Below are positions 18,416-28,174 of a stretch of DNA of 35,265 nt, piece after piece (within the stretch, counting starts at the first letter, position 1; the number at the start of each line of letters is the position of its first letter). The notes below the pieces were generated by a model. It was not told the DNA's origin. It ran no database searches and worked only from the letters and a program-made list of their open reading frames with translations. The position numbers and the translations under genes were made by a program. This stretch comes from Nanobdellota archaeon (GTDB lineage: Archaea; Nanobdellota; Nanobdellia; Pacearchaeales; GW2011-AR1): the NCBI GenBank assembly GCA_030704765.1, contig JAUYDD010000011.1, forward strand, positions 1 through 35,265, read 5' to 3'.

Positions 18416-18981
18416 TTTAATAAGCTAAAAAACAATGGAACATATTTTAAAGCAATTCCTCCAACTTTTTTTATTAACTCTAGAGCATTTTCTCCACCTT
18501 CTTTTAAGGTATTAAATTTTTCAAGAATATCTAATAATTTCTTTTTTTTAGGTTCATCTAAATCTTCATCCTCTTCGATTAATTTTTTAAGAACATTAAT
18601 TTGGGAATTATCTATAATTTGGGATACCTGAGAATTGTCTCCAGTCTGGGCTACTTGAACTTGGGAACTATTTGTGACATTAGTTTGATTATGGATAGTT
18701 TGAGTAGCCTTTTCAGTCTCATCAAAATATTCTCTTTTACCTAAAACAACTTCCATACCCTTATGAGATAGTTTTATCTCGTCATCAGAAATATGATGTT
18801 CATTAATAAATAAGGCACTCTTCCAAAGGATATAATCCTTTTTTACTAAATATTTTAATAGTTCTCGCAAGGTTTCCCCTTTTATTAAGGAGTCTTTTTC
18901 TAACCCTTTAAAATCAATTTCTCTGATTTCATTTAAATTAGTTAATATGACTTTCCCATAATCTAAACTTTCTGCTTTCAT
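18412..18981 (-). CDS. Hypothetical protein: wHTH-like N-terminus, N/Q/S/T-rich linker, helical C-terminus
   Basis: 189 aa; LLKYLVKKDYI...KLSHKG wing-like pattern; HNQTNVTNSSQVQVAQTGDNSQVSQ; ATGA-coupled to hsdS. Confidence 0.72.
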   Translation of the reverse strand: MKAESLDYGKVILTNLNEIREIDFKGLEKDSLIKGETLRELLKYLVKKDYILWKSALFINEHHISDDEIKLSHKGMEVVLGKREYFDETEKATQTIHNQTNVTNSSQVQVAQTGDNSQVSQIIDNSQINVLKKLIEEDEDLDEPKKKKLLDILEKFNTLKEGGENALELIKKVGGIALKYVPLFFSLLK

Positions 18982-20312
18982 TTTTCAAAACTCTCCTTCA
19001 AAACAGCTACCATTAACTTCTCACTATTTCTTTGATTGTCTTTGACTTGCTTTTCCAGCTCATTACAATAACCCATTAACTTATCTACTTTTTCAACAAT
19101 TCTTTTTTGTTCGTCGATTGAAGGAAGAGGAAACTCTAAATCTATTAAATCTCCCATTTTTAAATTTGGTTGTAATCCTGCCTTACCAAATCGTGATTTA
19201 AACTTATTCAAAACATAATTAGTCCTTAAAAAGAGATATAAATAATTAAAGTCAATTTTTTCTGTTTTTTTTATACTTGCAACTCTTTGGTTTAGCAAAG
19301 ATAAATCATAACTTTCAGGGCAGATACATACTTTTAATCCTGCTGAAATATATGGACGAGTCAAAGAAATTATTATATCTCCCTTGTTTACTTTAAAATC
19401 CTCATATTTTTTTAAAAAACTTTCTGGCAAATAGTCCTCAGTCTCAATAAATTCTCCAACACCAACATTTGTTATTTTTATTGCCTTTACTCCTTTTTGA
19501 TCGTTGAAATCATAACTATCAAAACTGTTCCCTGCAAAGACTTTTACAAGCTCTCCAAGTCTCACCCATTCCCAACCCTTCGGCAAGTCATAAGGAATCT
19601 CGTCTTCGGAAATAGGTTTAAGAGGTTTTTCTTTTCTTATTTTACCTTCTTTAACGAGTTTATCTTTTCCTGCTTTAATCTTCTTTAATAATTCAGATGC
19701 AGGTTCGTCTTTCGGATCTTGCTTGACTAATTTTCCTTGAACAGCTTCCAGTAGAATTTGCTGTTTTAATTTAACAATATAATTTTTGTTTTTATTATTA
19801 ATAATATCTAATTCTGAAATATTATCTGAATTAGATTTTAGCAACTTGACAATTTCTTCTTGTTCTTTAGGTGATGGAAGAAAAATTTCTATTTCTAATA
19901 ACTGTCTTTCATGAATTGCTTTTTGTGCTGTTCCTAAAGGAACTAATTTATCTACTTCTTTTTTAAACTGTGGACTTTTTAGATAATAAATTAAATATTC
20001 TGGATTAATATTAACAATATCAAACATAGGCATATTTTCAGTAACTAAACAACCATCTACTTCTTTTGGGCATATACCTATTCCGCCATTAAAAACTCCT
20101 TGTCTAATAAAAATTAAAGTGTTTGGGTGATTTTTTAAGTCTATAATAAATTGTCTCTTTCTCCCTATCTGAGAACCATGTTTTGTTCCCCTATATGAAA
20201 CTTCACCAGTTTGTGAAATTGTTACTTGTTTGTAATTTTTATCTTCTACCCAATGAGTATTTCTATATTGATTTAGTACTTCTTTTAGTTTAACTTTTTT
20301 CCATTCAGCCAT
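18978..20312 (-). CDS. hsdS: Type I R-M specificity subunit S
   Basis: Two TRDs with LPSPKEQEEIV and LPSIDEQKRIV conserved helices; EPASELL...LPKGWEWVRLGE spacer. Confidence 0.95.
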   Translation of the reverse strand: MAEWKKVKLKEVLNQYRNTHWVEDKNYKQVTISQTGEVSYRGTKHGSQIGRKRQFIIDLKNHPNTLIFIRQGVFNGGIGICPKEVDGCLVTENMPMFDIVNINPEYLIYYLKSPQFKKEVDKLVPLGTAQKAIHERQLLEIEIFLPSPKEQEEIVKLLKSNSDNISELDIINNKNKNYIVKLKQQILLEAVQGKLVKQDPKDEPASELLKKIKAGKDKLVKEGKIRKEKPLKPISEDEIPYDLPKGWEWVRLGELVKVFAGNSFDSYDFNDQKGVKAIKITNVGVGEFIETEDYLPESFLKKYEDFKVNKGDIIISLTRPYISAGLKVCICPESYDLSLLNQRVASIKKTEKIDFNYLYLFLRTNYVLNKFKSRFGKAGLQPNLKMGDLIDLEFPLPSIDEQKRIVEKVDKLMGYCNELEKQVKDNQRNSEKLMVAVLKESFEK

Positions 20313-21312
20313 TTTTAATCCTCTCTAAACGTTTTTCATGAGTCATCTTTTTAAAAGATGTTCTATTTTTTTGTAAATATTGAGGATCTTCCTTTATTTT
20401 TTTTACAATCAAATTTATTAGTTCATTAGAATAAGTATTTGAGCCTGTTGTTTTGAAGCAATAATGATATTTGCTATTACCTCTGATTTTTTCTTTATAC
20501 AGTATCGCTTGAAAATCATATTGATTAAAAATAATGTTCTTGTCGATTTGTTCTCTTGTTCTATTGATGCAATCTCCGCCTAAATAAGGATGGGTGCTAG
20601 CTGGATCTTTTGGAACTTCGATGAATATTCCTCTTGTTGTTCCCTCTTGTCCTGAAGATAAAACTATATCTGCATCTTTTGGATTCTTGACTAAAGCAAC
20701 TTTATACTCGATTGAAATGCTATACTTTTTATCTTTTAAATTTGCTGAATTATCAATAATTTCCTTTTGTTTTTGTAAAAAGAAATTTATTATTTCTTTG
20801 TTGTACTTCTTTTTTAAAATAGTTGTATTAATATCTCCTAGGTCAAAAATTAAACTTAACATTGCGGGAGAAGTCTTTTTTATAATATCTATATCAAACC
20901 ACTCCTTGAGTAGGTTAACATAATTTAAAACTCCTGCCTGAAAAAGTCCTGTGTAAATAATATCTAGTTCTTCAATAATTAAATGAGTTGCACTGTCTCT
21001 CAATTTTTCAATATCTTCTATATTCTTTCTTATAGGATCATTTTCATTTATGAATATTTTTCCAATAGAATCACGCAAACTTAAAGATCTTCTCTGGATT
21101 CCCCTACTTTTTTTGTAAAATATTGAAGAGGTATTTTTTTTATTTTCAATAATTTTAGCTTTCAGTAATAGTTCCCAAGCATTTGTAAAGAAAAAACAGA
21201 ATGATTCTATTCTATATTTTATTGTAGGTTTATTGTATATTTCTAAACTTAGTAAAAAGGCATCTTGACTTTTTATTAAAAGCCTCTTCGTTAGCTTTTT
21301 CATCTTCACCAC
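20305..21312 (-). CDS. DUF3644-like protein with HEPN-type RxxxxH motif (putative RNase)
   Basis: AFLLSLEIYNKP...NAWELLLKA N-terminal pattern and LRDSATH; overlaps both hsdM and hsdS; start may be ATG at 21303. Confidence 0.78.
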   Translation of the reverse strand: MVKMKKLTKRLLIKSQDAFLLSLEIYNKPTIKYRIESFCFFFTNAWELLLKAKIIENKKNTSSIFYKKSRGIQRRSLSLRDSIGKIFINENDPIRKNIEDIEKLRDSATHLIIEELDIIYTGLFQAGVLNYVNLLKEWFDIDIIKKTSPAMLSLIFDLGDINTTILKKKYNKEIINFFLQKQKEIIDNSANLKDKKYSISIEYKVALVKNPKDADIVLSSGQEGTTRGIFIEVPKDPASTHPYLGGDCINRTREQIDKNIIFNQYDFQAILYKEKIRGNSKYHYCFKTTGSNTYSNELINLIVKKIKEDPQYLQKNRTSFKKMTHEKRLERIKNG

Positions 21313-22739
21313 TCCCCTTTAATCTCTTTCAAAATATCACTTGTCCTCTTAATATTGACTTCAATCTTGCCTATAATTTCTTCCTTAGATAACTCCTTTT
21401 CTTCTTCGGGTTTAGTTGGATTATTTATATCTAGATTATAATTTTTCTTTTGAATGTCAGCTAAAGAAACCTTCCAACAATACTGCTTAAACTTAGGATC
21501 TTCTCTGTTATTCCACCACTCTTTCTCTAATTGGAACTCCTCGTGCCTTACTGGTTTTGTTTTGTTGTATATTTTATAACCTTCTGGCAATGGATGTTCA
21601 AAATACCAGACATCTTTAGTTCCTTTAGAGTTTTTTTCAAAAAATAAAAGATTTGTTCTTATTCCAGTATAGGGACTAAATACACCATTAGGCAATCTTA
21701 CAATAGTATGCAAATTAAACTCTGTTAGAAGTTTTTCTTTTATTCTTGTTTTGATACCTTCTCCAAATAAAAATCCGTCGGGTAAAACTAAGCCACACTT
21801 TCCTCCATCTCTTAAAAGTTTTGTAATTAAAACTAAAAACAGATCTGCTGTTTCTCTTGTTCTAAATTCTGCTGGAAAATTATTTTCTATGCCATCTTCT
21901 TCTGCTCCACCAAAAGGAGGATTAGTTACAACCACATTAACCTTATCTTTATCAGTGTAATCAATTAATGGCCGAGATAGTGAATTATCTCTCTTAATAC
22001 TAGGAACTTCTATATCATGCAGAATAAGATTAGTCATACAAAGAAGATGTGGAAGAGGCTTCTTTTCAATTCCCCTTAATGTTTTTTCTAACACCTTTTG
22101 ATCTTCAGTTGTCTTAACATTCTTTTTTAAGTGGTTTAATGTAGAAATTAAAAACCCTCCAGTTCCGCATGCAGGATCTAAAACAATATCTCCGAGCTTT
22201 GGATTAACCATATCAACTATAAACTGAGTTACAGGACGAGGAGTATAGAATTCACCAGCACTACCTGCATTCTGCAATTCTTTTAAAATTGTTTCATAAA
22301 TGTCATTAAATTGATGTCTGTCTTCAGCAGTTGTAAAATCAAGCTCATTTATCTTATTAACTACCTGTCTTACTAAGATACCATTTTTCATATAGTTGTA
22401 TGCGTCTTCAAAAACTTGTTTTATAATATAACCCCTCTGATCACTTTTCTCATCCAGTTTTAAACTTTTTAGAGTCTTAAACAAATTATTATTAACAAAA
22501 TCAAGTAGTTCTTCTCCAGTCATTCCTTCAGGATTTACTGCCCAGTTTCTCCATCTTATTTTTTCGGGCAAGGGAGACTTATATTTATCATCTTCTGCTT
22601 CTCTTTCTTCTTCCATTGCATCAAAAACTTTTAAGAATATCATCCAAACCATTTGAGAAATTCTTTGAGCATCACCATCTACACCTGCGTCTTTTCTCAT
22701 TATGTCTCTTACAGATTTTATTATATTGCTTAAGGTCAT
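21306..22739 (-). CDS. hsdM: Type I R-M N6-adenine methyltransferase subunit M
   Basis: GEFYTPR, DPACGTGGFL, NPPF; start placed at ATG 22739 rather than the track's upstream alternative start at 22751. Confidence 0.96.
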   Translation of the reverse strand: MTLSNIIKSVRDIMRKDAGVDGDAQRISQMVWMIFLKVFDAMEEEREAEDDKYKSPLPEKIRWRNWAVNPEGMTGEELLDFVNNNLFKTLKSLKLDEKSDQRGYIIKQVFEDAYNYMKNGILVRQVVNKINELDFTTAEDRHQFNDIYETILKELQNAGSAGEFYTPRPVTQFIVDMVNPKLGDIVLDPACGTGGFLISTLNHLKKNVKTTEDQKVLEKTLRGIEKKPLPHLLCMTNLILHDIEVPSIKRDNSLSRPLIDYTDKDKVNVVVTNPPFGGAEEDGIENNFPAEFRTRETADLFLVLITKLLRDGGKCGLVLPDGFLFGEGIKTRIKEKLLTEFNLHTIVRLPNGVFSPYTGIRTNLLFFEKNSKGTKDVWYFEHPLPEGYKIYNKTKPVRHEEFQLEKEWWNNREDPKFKQYCWKVSLADIQKKNYNLDINNPTKPEEEKELSKEEIIGKIEVNIKRTSDILKEIKGEW

Positions 22740-22790
22740 CTTTTTCCTCAAGTTTCCTAATAAATCCTACTATAAAAAGACTGCTCTAAT

Positions 22791-22903
22791 AAAAAGTCAC
22801 TTCTATTTTACATGCTTATTATTGTTGGTGACTTTTTTTTATTTTAAGGCTATTTTATATTATATAAACTAGATAAAATAGCTAAAAAGCTAAGTGACTT
22901 TTT
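22791..22903. promoter_or_regulatory. Cluster of inverted repeats between virB4 and hsdM
   Basis: AAAAAGTCAC(TT) 22791-22802 is inverted relative to GTGACTTTTT 22828-22837 and AAGTGACTTTTT 22892-22903; GCTATTTTAT 22849-22858 / ATAAAATAGC 22873-22882. Confidence 0.55.
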
Positions 22904-25900
22904 TACTGTTTTTTATAAGCTTTCTTAAAATATTGAATAGATACCTTGATTCAGTCGTTTTACCTAGCTTAGAATATTTTGAAGCAATTTTTCTATCAGT
23001 TACAACAAAAAACCAGTTATTTTCATACTCTTTATTTAATCCATTTATCTTTTCTAATAAAAGTTTCTTATGATGTGTTAATGCTATTCCTGTTTCAACT
23101 TCAATTGCATATTTTTTCTTATTTATTTCAAAAACTAAATCCGGTTTTACAGTTTGATAGATTTCAACTTTAATTTTATTCTTTTCCAAAAATCTTTTTA
23201 TATCCTGAACTAAAAAGAAATGAGGAATTCCTTCATTTGATCTTGGTCTTAAAATATATTTTTCTTTTTTGTTTGATAAAATACTTTTATGCTCTGAGAT
23301 TTTATATCCTAATTTTAACAAATAATCCCTTTCATCTTTGCTTATATTATTGTATTTGAAAAAACCAATACTAGTATCTACATTAATTGTAATATTTTTT
23401 CCATTCTTAACTATTGTAGGTTTTGATTTTTCTTTATCTTTATCTAGATTTAATTCATCAGGATTAGTTGTAATTAGCTTATGTTCTTCAGGGGATGCAA
23501 TAACTTTTATTTTACTATGATCGTCTTCCATAATTAAAAGTCCTTCTCCAACAGCAGCTGTTAAAAGATGCTGTCTTTCAGACTGGCTTAGATTAAAAGT
23601 CTTGCAGATATTATCAATTACCGCTGGCTTTTGCCTCATTAACATTGTATAGGCTGAATTTGCTAGAATTGATTTTCCTGCTTGACTTGCAAACAATCCT
23701 TCAACTTCCTGATTAATTAAAAGTAAGCCCATGTTGAATTTTCTACAAGTCTTAACTATCTCAAAGATATAACCAGCGTCTTCTGTTCTTGAAAGTAATG
23801 ACCATGATTCGTCAATCAAAAGAAGTTTTCTATCTAAATTAGACCTCATTTTCATATAAACATAATCCAAAACTAAAAACATAATTGCAGGCTTTACTTG
23901 TTTTGGCAAATTTCCAATATCAAAACAAACAAACCGATTATCAAAATCAATGTTTGTATGTTTATTCATAAAACTAAAAACTCCATCAACATACATCTCG
24001 AGTCTATTAGTTAGGCTTTGTAATGTTGGTCTTTCTATTTGTACTGCTTTCTTTTCCATAGCCCTTAGAACTTTCAGTAAATCTCCTAATATTGGGGGAG
24101 TATTGTTCCAGGTACTAGGGTCTTTATTTATGCCTTTATCTTTATAGGCTTGAGAAATTGCCTTATCAATTATAGATTTTTGAGGATCTGTTAATTTTCC
24201 TAGCATTACTTGCATTAAATCCATCAAAGCAAGTCTTTTTTCAGCATAATCATGCCCCATTAAATCAAATGGATTAATCATTGTATCAGAATCTCTTGAA
24301 AGGTCTATTCTTTGACCATTGAACTTATCAACTAAACCCCTATACTCTCCTTGTGGATCAATAACCATAACCTTTGTTCCATTAAGTAAATATCTTGTAA
24401 TAAGTAGCTTGCAAAAATAAGACTTTCCTCCTCCAGATTGTGCCAGAACAAGCCCATTTGGGTTTGGGAGCTTGAAAATGTCTTTTATTATAGGGATGTT
24501 GTTCTTATTTAGTCCCAACCAAATTCCACTATTATCAACTTGTAAAAATTGACTCGTAAATGGAAAGAAAGCTGAAAGAGCATCTGTTGTAATGTTTCTA
24601 TTAATATTTAATTCATCAACCCCCAAGGGAGCTGTAGCCTTAAATCCTTGAAGCATTCTTAATCTAGCTGTTCTTGGAAGAATCATTAGACTATTTAATT
24701 CAGATTCTATTTTTTTAGTAAGTAAATCCAGTTCTTTTATTGAATCTGCTTTGCAATTAATGTATAAGCTTACATTAAACAGCCTTTCTTCTCCTTTTTG
24801 TAAGTTTTCTAAAGTCCCTCTTGTATCTTGATATTGAATTTCTAAAGAAGGATTAAATATGCCTTTCATTTTCATAGCATAGAGATCTGCCTGTTGTTTT
24901 TGAAGTTCTCTTGTTAAATCTACAAGCATATTTTCTATAGGATAGGGTTTGATATAAATGCTTAAATCAAAATCTGCGAGAGAACTAACAATTTTATCTA
25001 AAAATCCGGGTTCAACATTTCTAGGATAACCATTTGCATAAATTGTTCTATAAAATTTCTGATTAACCTTTATTTTTCTCCCTTCTTTTGACTTTTTATC
25101 CTCTTCTAAATTATAAATTTCTAAATGATCTGAGTTATTTTCTATATTTTCAGGAGACATTGCATCCCTTATATCTTTTCCTTTGCCATCTCCTGAAAAA
25201 TGATTTATTAAAAGTTTTTTTAATTCTATTGAATTAAGCCGGTCTACTTTCATATTTAATGCATGCAATCTTTCAATACAAATTTCAGTTTGAATTTCAA
25301 TATCTCCGGATTCAGGGATAATAATATAGAAAACTCTGTTCATTATCTTTTTTGTTGAAATCACATCTTCGAGATGTTTTTTATAGCTCTCAAAAATATT
25401 CATGAAATTTTCATCTTGTATCTTTGATTTAAGAGTATCTAGATAACTATCGAGCTTTATGCTTTCGGTTTTCATTAAAATCTGAGTTGGAAAATCCAGA
25501 GAGTTAAGAAACCTTTGAAATGAAAACATAATAGCTTCTCTTTCATTCTTTGGCTTTATGCTAAAATTAATAGGCTGAATTTTTAAAACAGAAACTTTTT
25601 TATTGTTTGATAAAACTATAAGATCTTTATCTATATCTTTAACTCCTATGAATTTTTTAAGTTTATAATCTCCTTTGGATAATTTTCTATATTTTAAATA
25701 AATCCTATAATTTTTAATTAATGTGTCAAGATTTAGAAACATAAAACATATCCCTAGTCCTGAGGATAAAAACATGAGTGTAAATTTTATGTAACTATTG
25801 GATATATTCTTAAAAAATAATAAAGCTAAGATTCCAAATACAAATCCATAGGATAATTGTTTAAAGGTCAAACCAAACATTATTTTTTCTTTATACTCTA

Positions 25901-25925
25901 ATTGTTGTGGAATTTGGTAGCTCAT
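22890..25925 (-). CDS. virB4: PrgI/VirB3-VirB4-like T4SS ATPase fusion with C-terminal PD-(D/E)XK-like domain
   Basis: N-terminal YQIPQQLEYKEKIMFGLTFKQL + 2 TM (PrgI-like); Walker A AQSGGGKS, IDPQGEY, INPFD, Walker B LIDESW, RKFN, GEGL; tail H...KPDLVF...YAIEVETG. Confidence 0.88.
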   Translation of the reverse strand: MSYQIPQQLEYKEKIMFGLTFKQLSYGFVFGILALLFFKNISNSYIKFTLMFLSSGLGICFMFLNLDTLIKNYRIYLKYRKLSKGDYKLKKFIGVKDIDKDLIVLSNNKKVSVLKIQPINFSIKPKNEREAIMFSFQRFLNSLDFPTQILMKTESIKLDSYLDTLKSKIQDENFMNIFESYKKHLEDVISTKKIMNRVFYIIIPESGDIEIQTEICIERLHALNMKVDRLNSIELKKLLINHFSGDGKGKDIRDAMSPENIENNSDHLEIYNLEEDKKSKEGRKIKVNQKFYRTIYANGYPRNVEPGFLDKIVSSLADFDLSIYIKPYPIENMLVDLTRELQKQQADLYAMKMKGIFNPSLEIQYQDTRGTLENLQKGEERLFNVSLYINCKADSIKELDLLTKKIESELNSLMILPRTARLRMLQGFKATAPLGVDELNINRNITTDALSAFFPFTSQFLQVDNSGIWLGLNKNNIPIIKDIFKLPNPNGLVLAQSGGGKSYFCKLLITRYLLNGTKVMVIDPQGEYRGLVDKFNGQRIDLSRDSDTMINPFDLMGHDYAEKRLALMDLMQVMLGKLTDPQKSIIDKAISQAYKDKGINKDPSTWNNTPPILGDLLKVLRAMEKKAVQIERPTLQSLTNRLEMYVDGVFSFMNKHTNIDFDNRFVCFDIGNLPKQVKPAIMFLVLDYVYMKMRSNLDRKLLLIDESWSLLSRTEDAGYIFEIVKTCRKFNMGLLLINQEVEGLFASQAGKSILANSAYTMLMRQKPAVIDNICKTFNLSQSERQHLLTAAVGEGLLIMEDDHSKIKVIASPEEHKLITTNPDELNLDKDKEKSKPTIVKNGKNITINVDTSIGFFKYNNISKDERDYLLKLGYKISEHKSILSNKKEKYILRPRSNEGIPHFFLVQDIKRFLEKNKIKVEIYQTVKPDLVFEINKKKYAIEVETGIALTHHKKLLLEKINGLNKEYENNWFFVVTDRKIASKYSKLGKTTESRYLFNILRKLIKNSKKVT

Positions 25926-26806
25926 ATAAAATATTTTCCAACTGCCATGGCTATTCCTGCTGTTTTTTCTCCTGTCTTAACTGCAGATTTTAAAGCTGAA
26001 AATATAATAAAATAAAACATAAGAAAATTGACAATGCCAAAAGCAGTAATCATGACTAAAATCTTAAAGTTTTGAAATACAGGTATATCAATTAATTTTG
26101 AACATACTAATAGTATTAATGAATCAAAGAATGTTATGAAAATGCAAGTTCCAAGAAAATTAAGAATAAGTTTCCCATAATTATTAATAGGGGGTATGAA
26201 ATAAAGAAATATTCCTATTGGAAGAAAAACAACTCCTCCTGCAACTATAATATATCTAAATGTAAGCATTATTACAGTTAGGATTAAAGTTATAACATAG
26301 AGAAAAGCAAAAAAGAACTGCAAGCCTATGTTTACAATATTATCTGCTGTAATTAAAAAGAATTTTTGATCAACTAAACTAATAACTCCTGCAGTCAATA
26401 AACTATTAACATCAATGACCGCTGAATAAATAAAGTATGAAGCCTGAACTAAAACAATCATAACAAAAATGTTTCTGAACCACTCTTTTGCTTTTGTTCT
26501 TTTTGCAGCATCATAACCTGAAATCATAAAGTTAAATCCTGAATATAACATTAAGAGTCCATAAAATATAGAAAGAACATAAAGAATAATTGCCCAGAGT
26601 GAAACAAACATCTCTAGTTTTATTGGCTCGGTCATTAGAGCCTTTGTTAATGTAAGTAATGGTTGGATGGGTGAGTTAAGAATATTTATGAAAAAATCAT
26701 ATAACTTTTGAGGAAGGCAAGCTGACAGATTTAAAAGACCACATTCTTCTTCTGCACTTACTAATGGAATTAAAAATAAAGGTAATCCAAACAAAGCTTT
26801 CTTCAT
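25922..26806 (-). CDS. VirB6/TrbL-like polytopic membrane protein
   Basis: Signal-like N-terminus and 6-7 TM helices, ATGA-coupled directly upstream of virB4. Confidence 0.72.
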   Translation of the reverse strand: MKKALFGLPLFLIPLVSAEEECGLLNLSACLPQKLYDFFINILNSPIQPLLTLTKALMTEPIKLEMFVSLWAIILYVLSIFYGLLMLYSGFNFMISGYDAAKRTKAKEWFRNIFVMIVLVQASYFIYSAVIDVNSLLTAGVISLVDQKFFLITADNIVNIGLQFFFAFLYVITLILTVIMLTFRYIIVAGGVVFLPIGIFLYFIPPINNYGKLILNFLGTCIFITFFDSLILLVCSKLIDIPVFQNFKILVMITAFGIVNFLMFYFIIFSALKSAVKTGEKTAGIAMAVGKYFI

Positions 26807-28173
26807 ATTATTCCTCCAAAACACTTTCTTAATGCAACATAAAAGAAATAGTTCAGAATTCCAAATATTGAAAGACTCCAGATAGTGTTTGTTTTTTCTT
26901 TATCTTCTACAAAGATTATTTTTTCAGAATGATAATCACTTACATCTGCAGAGACTTTATTATTCTGCAAATTAGCAATAAAACTTGAATTTCCTTTTGC
27001 TATCTTGCTTTGATTTCCATAGCTTAGACTTACTGAAATATTATTTGGATAAACATAAACTTGTATTGTTTCATTTGGATCATAGGTTAATTTATCAGTC
27101 TCCACATAAATAGAAATATTTGAATTTTCAGAAGTACAATTTTTATCAATTACCTTAAAAAAATCAAATGCTTTTATCTTGCAATTATTTGTATTTTTTA
27201 CAATTAAGTCGTTCCCATTTTTTAATAGGTTATTCGATGTTTCCTGATTATAATCATAAGCCCTTAAAGTATAAACATAATAAGGCTCTTTTGAATAATT
27301 AATATTATAAGTAAATTTATTGTACTTAAAATAAGAATCATTAAAAATAAGATAAAATGAATCTGAGTAATTGGGTCTTATTCTGTTTGTTCCACCATAA
27401 GAATCTATTGTTTTAATATCTCCAGTTAAATTATTTGAATAATGTTTTACTTTAAGAGTATCTTCTATACTTATGCTATCTTGCTGAATTTCATTATAAT
27501 TAAAACTGCATCGATAGGAATAAACGCATTTTCCATTTCTTCTGTAAGCACAATATTTCTCCCACTTATAATGATCTATATTAAATCCTACATTTATTCG
27601 ATATTGTGCTTTTATTTCAGAGTCTGAATTAATGTTTACTTCAACTAACTTTCCACTTCCATGGTAGATATTATTTACATAAATTCTATTTTCAGAGTAA
27701 TTTTGAATTAAAGTATAAATTCTCTTGCAATCTCCTTGGTTATTTTGAGGATAATAAGATGAATAATAATTTTGAGGGGTATTTGTTTTATAATTAAATG
27801 CTGAAAGAACCTTTGTCTTGTCAGGAACATATAAATTATCATTATAAATAATAGAAGGCATTGATGTAAAAATACTAAGCCAAGCATCTCTTACAAACTG
27901 TCCATTATAGGTTTTAACTCCTGTTGGAGGATTTATTATTTTAATATTAGTATTTCTTTGAAAAATATAATCCTGATCTGGAAAGAACTTATTTTTATAA
28001 TCTAAGTTTGAAACAAGAATATCTTTTTCTTGTAAAGTTAAGTTAGAATTAATTATATTTATACAGGTATTATAATTAGCAGAAGAAACAGAATTACAAT
28101 CTAAAGAAAAAATAAAAGGGGTTTGCACTAAGAATATCAGTGCAAACACCCAAAATAAAAAATATTTTGTCAT
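26803..28173 (-). CDS. Secreted, C-terminally anchored Asn/Tyr-rich protein of the transfer operon
   Basis: Signal peptide, paired cysteines, beta-rich body, C-terminal TM followed by RK; lies between pilin and VirB6-like genes. Confidence 0.75.
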   Translation of the reverse strand: MTKYFLFWVFALIFLVQTPFIFSLDCNSVSSANYNTCINIINSNLTLQEKDILVSNLDYKNKFFPDQDYIFQRNTNIKIINPPTGVKTYNGQFVRDAWLSIFTSMPSIIYNDNLYVPDKTKVLSAFNYKTNTPQNYYSSYYPQNNQGDCKRIYTLIQNYSENRIYVNNIYHGSGKLVEVNINSDSEIKAQYRINVGFNIDHYKWEKYCAYRRNGKCVYSYRCSFNYNEIQQDSISIEDTLKVKHYSNNLTGDIKTIDSYGGTNRIRPNYSDSFYLIFNDSYFKYNKFTYNINYSKEPYYVYTLRAYDYNQETSNNLLKNGNDLIVKNTNNCKIKAFDFFKVIDKNCTSENSNISIYVETDKLTYDPNETIQVYVYPNNISVSLSYGNQSKIAKGNSSFIANLQNNKVSADVSDYHSEKIIFVEDKEKTNTIWSLSIFGILNYFFYVALRKCFGGII

Positions 28174-28174
28174 G

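Noticed and set aside
18978..20312. Phase-variable hsdS shufflon
   Set aside because: Only one hsdS, with no silent TRD cassettes or flanking inverted repeats seen.
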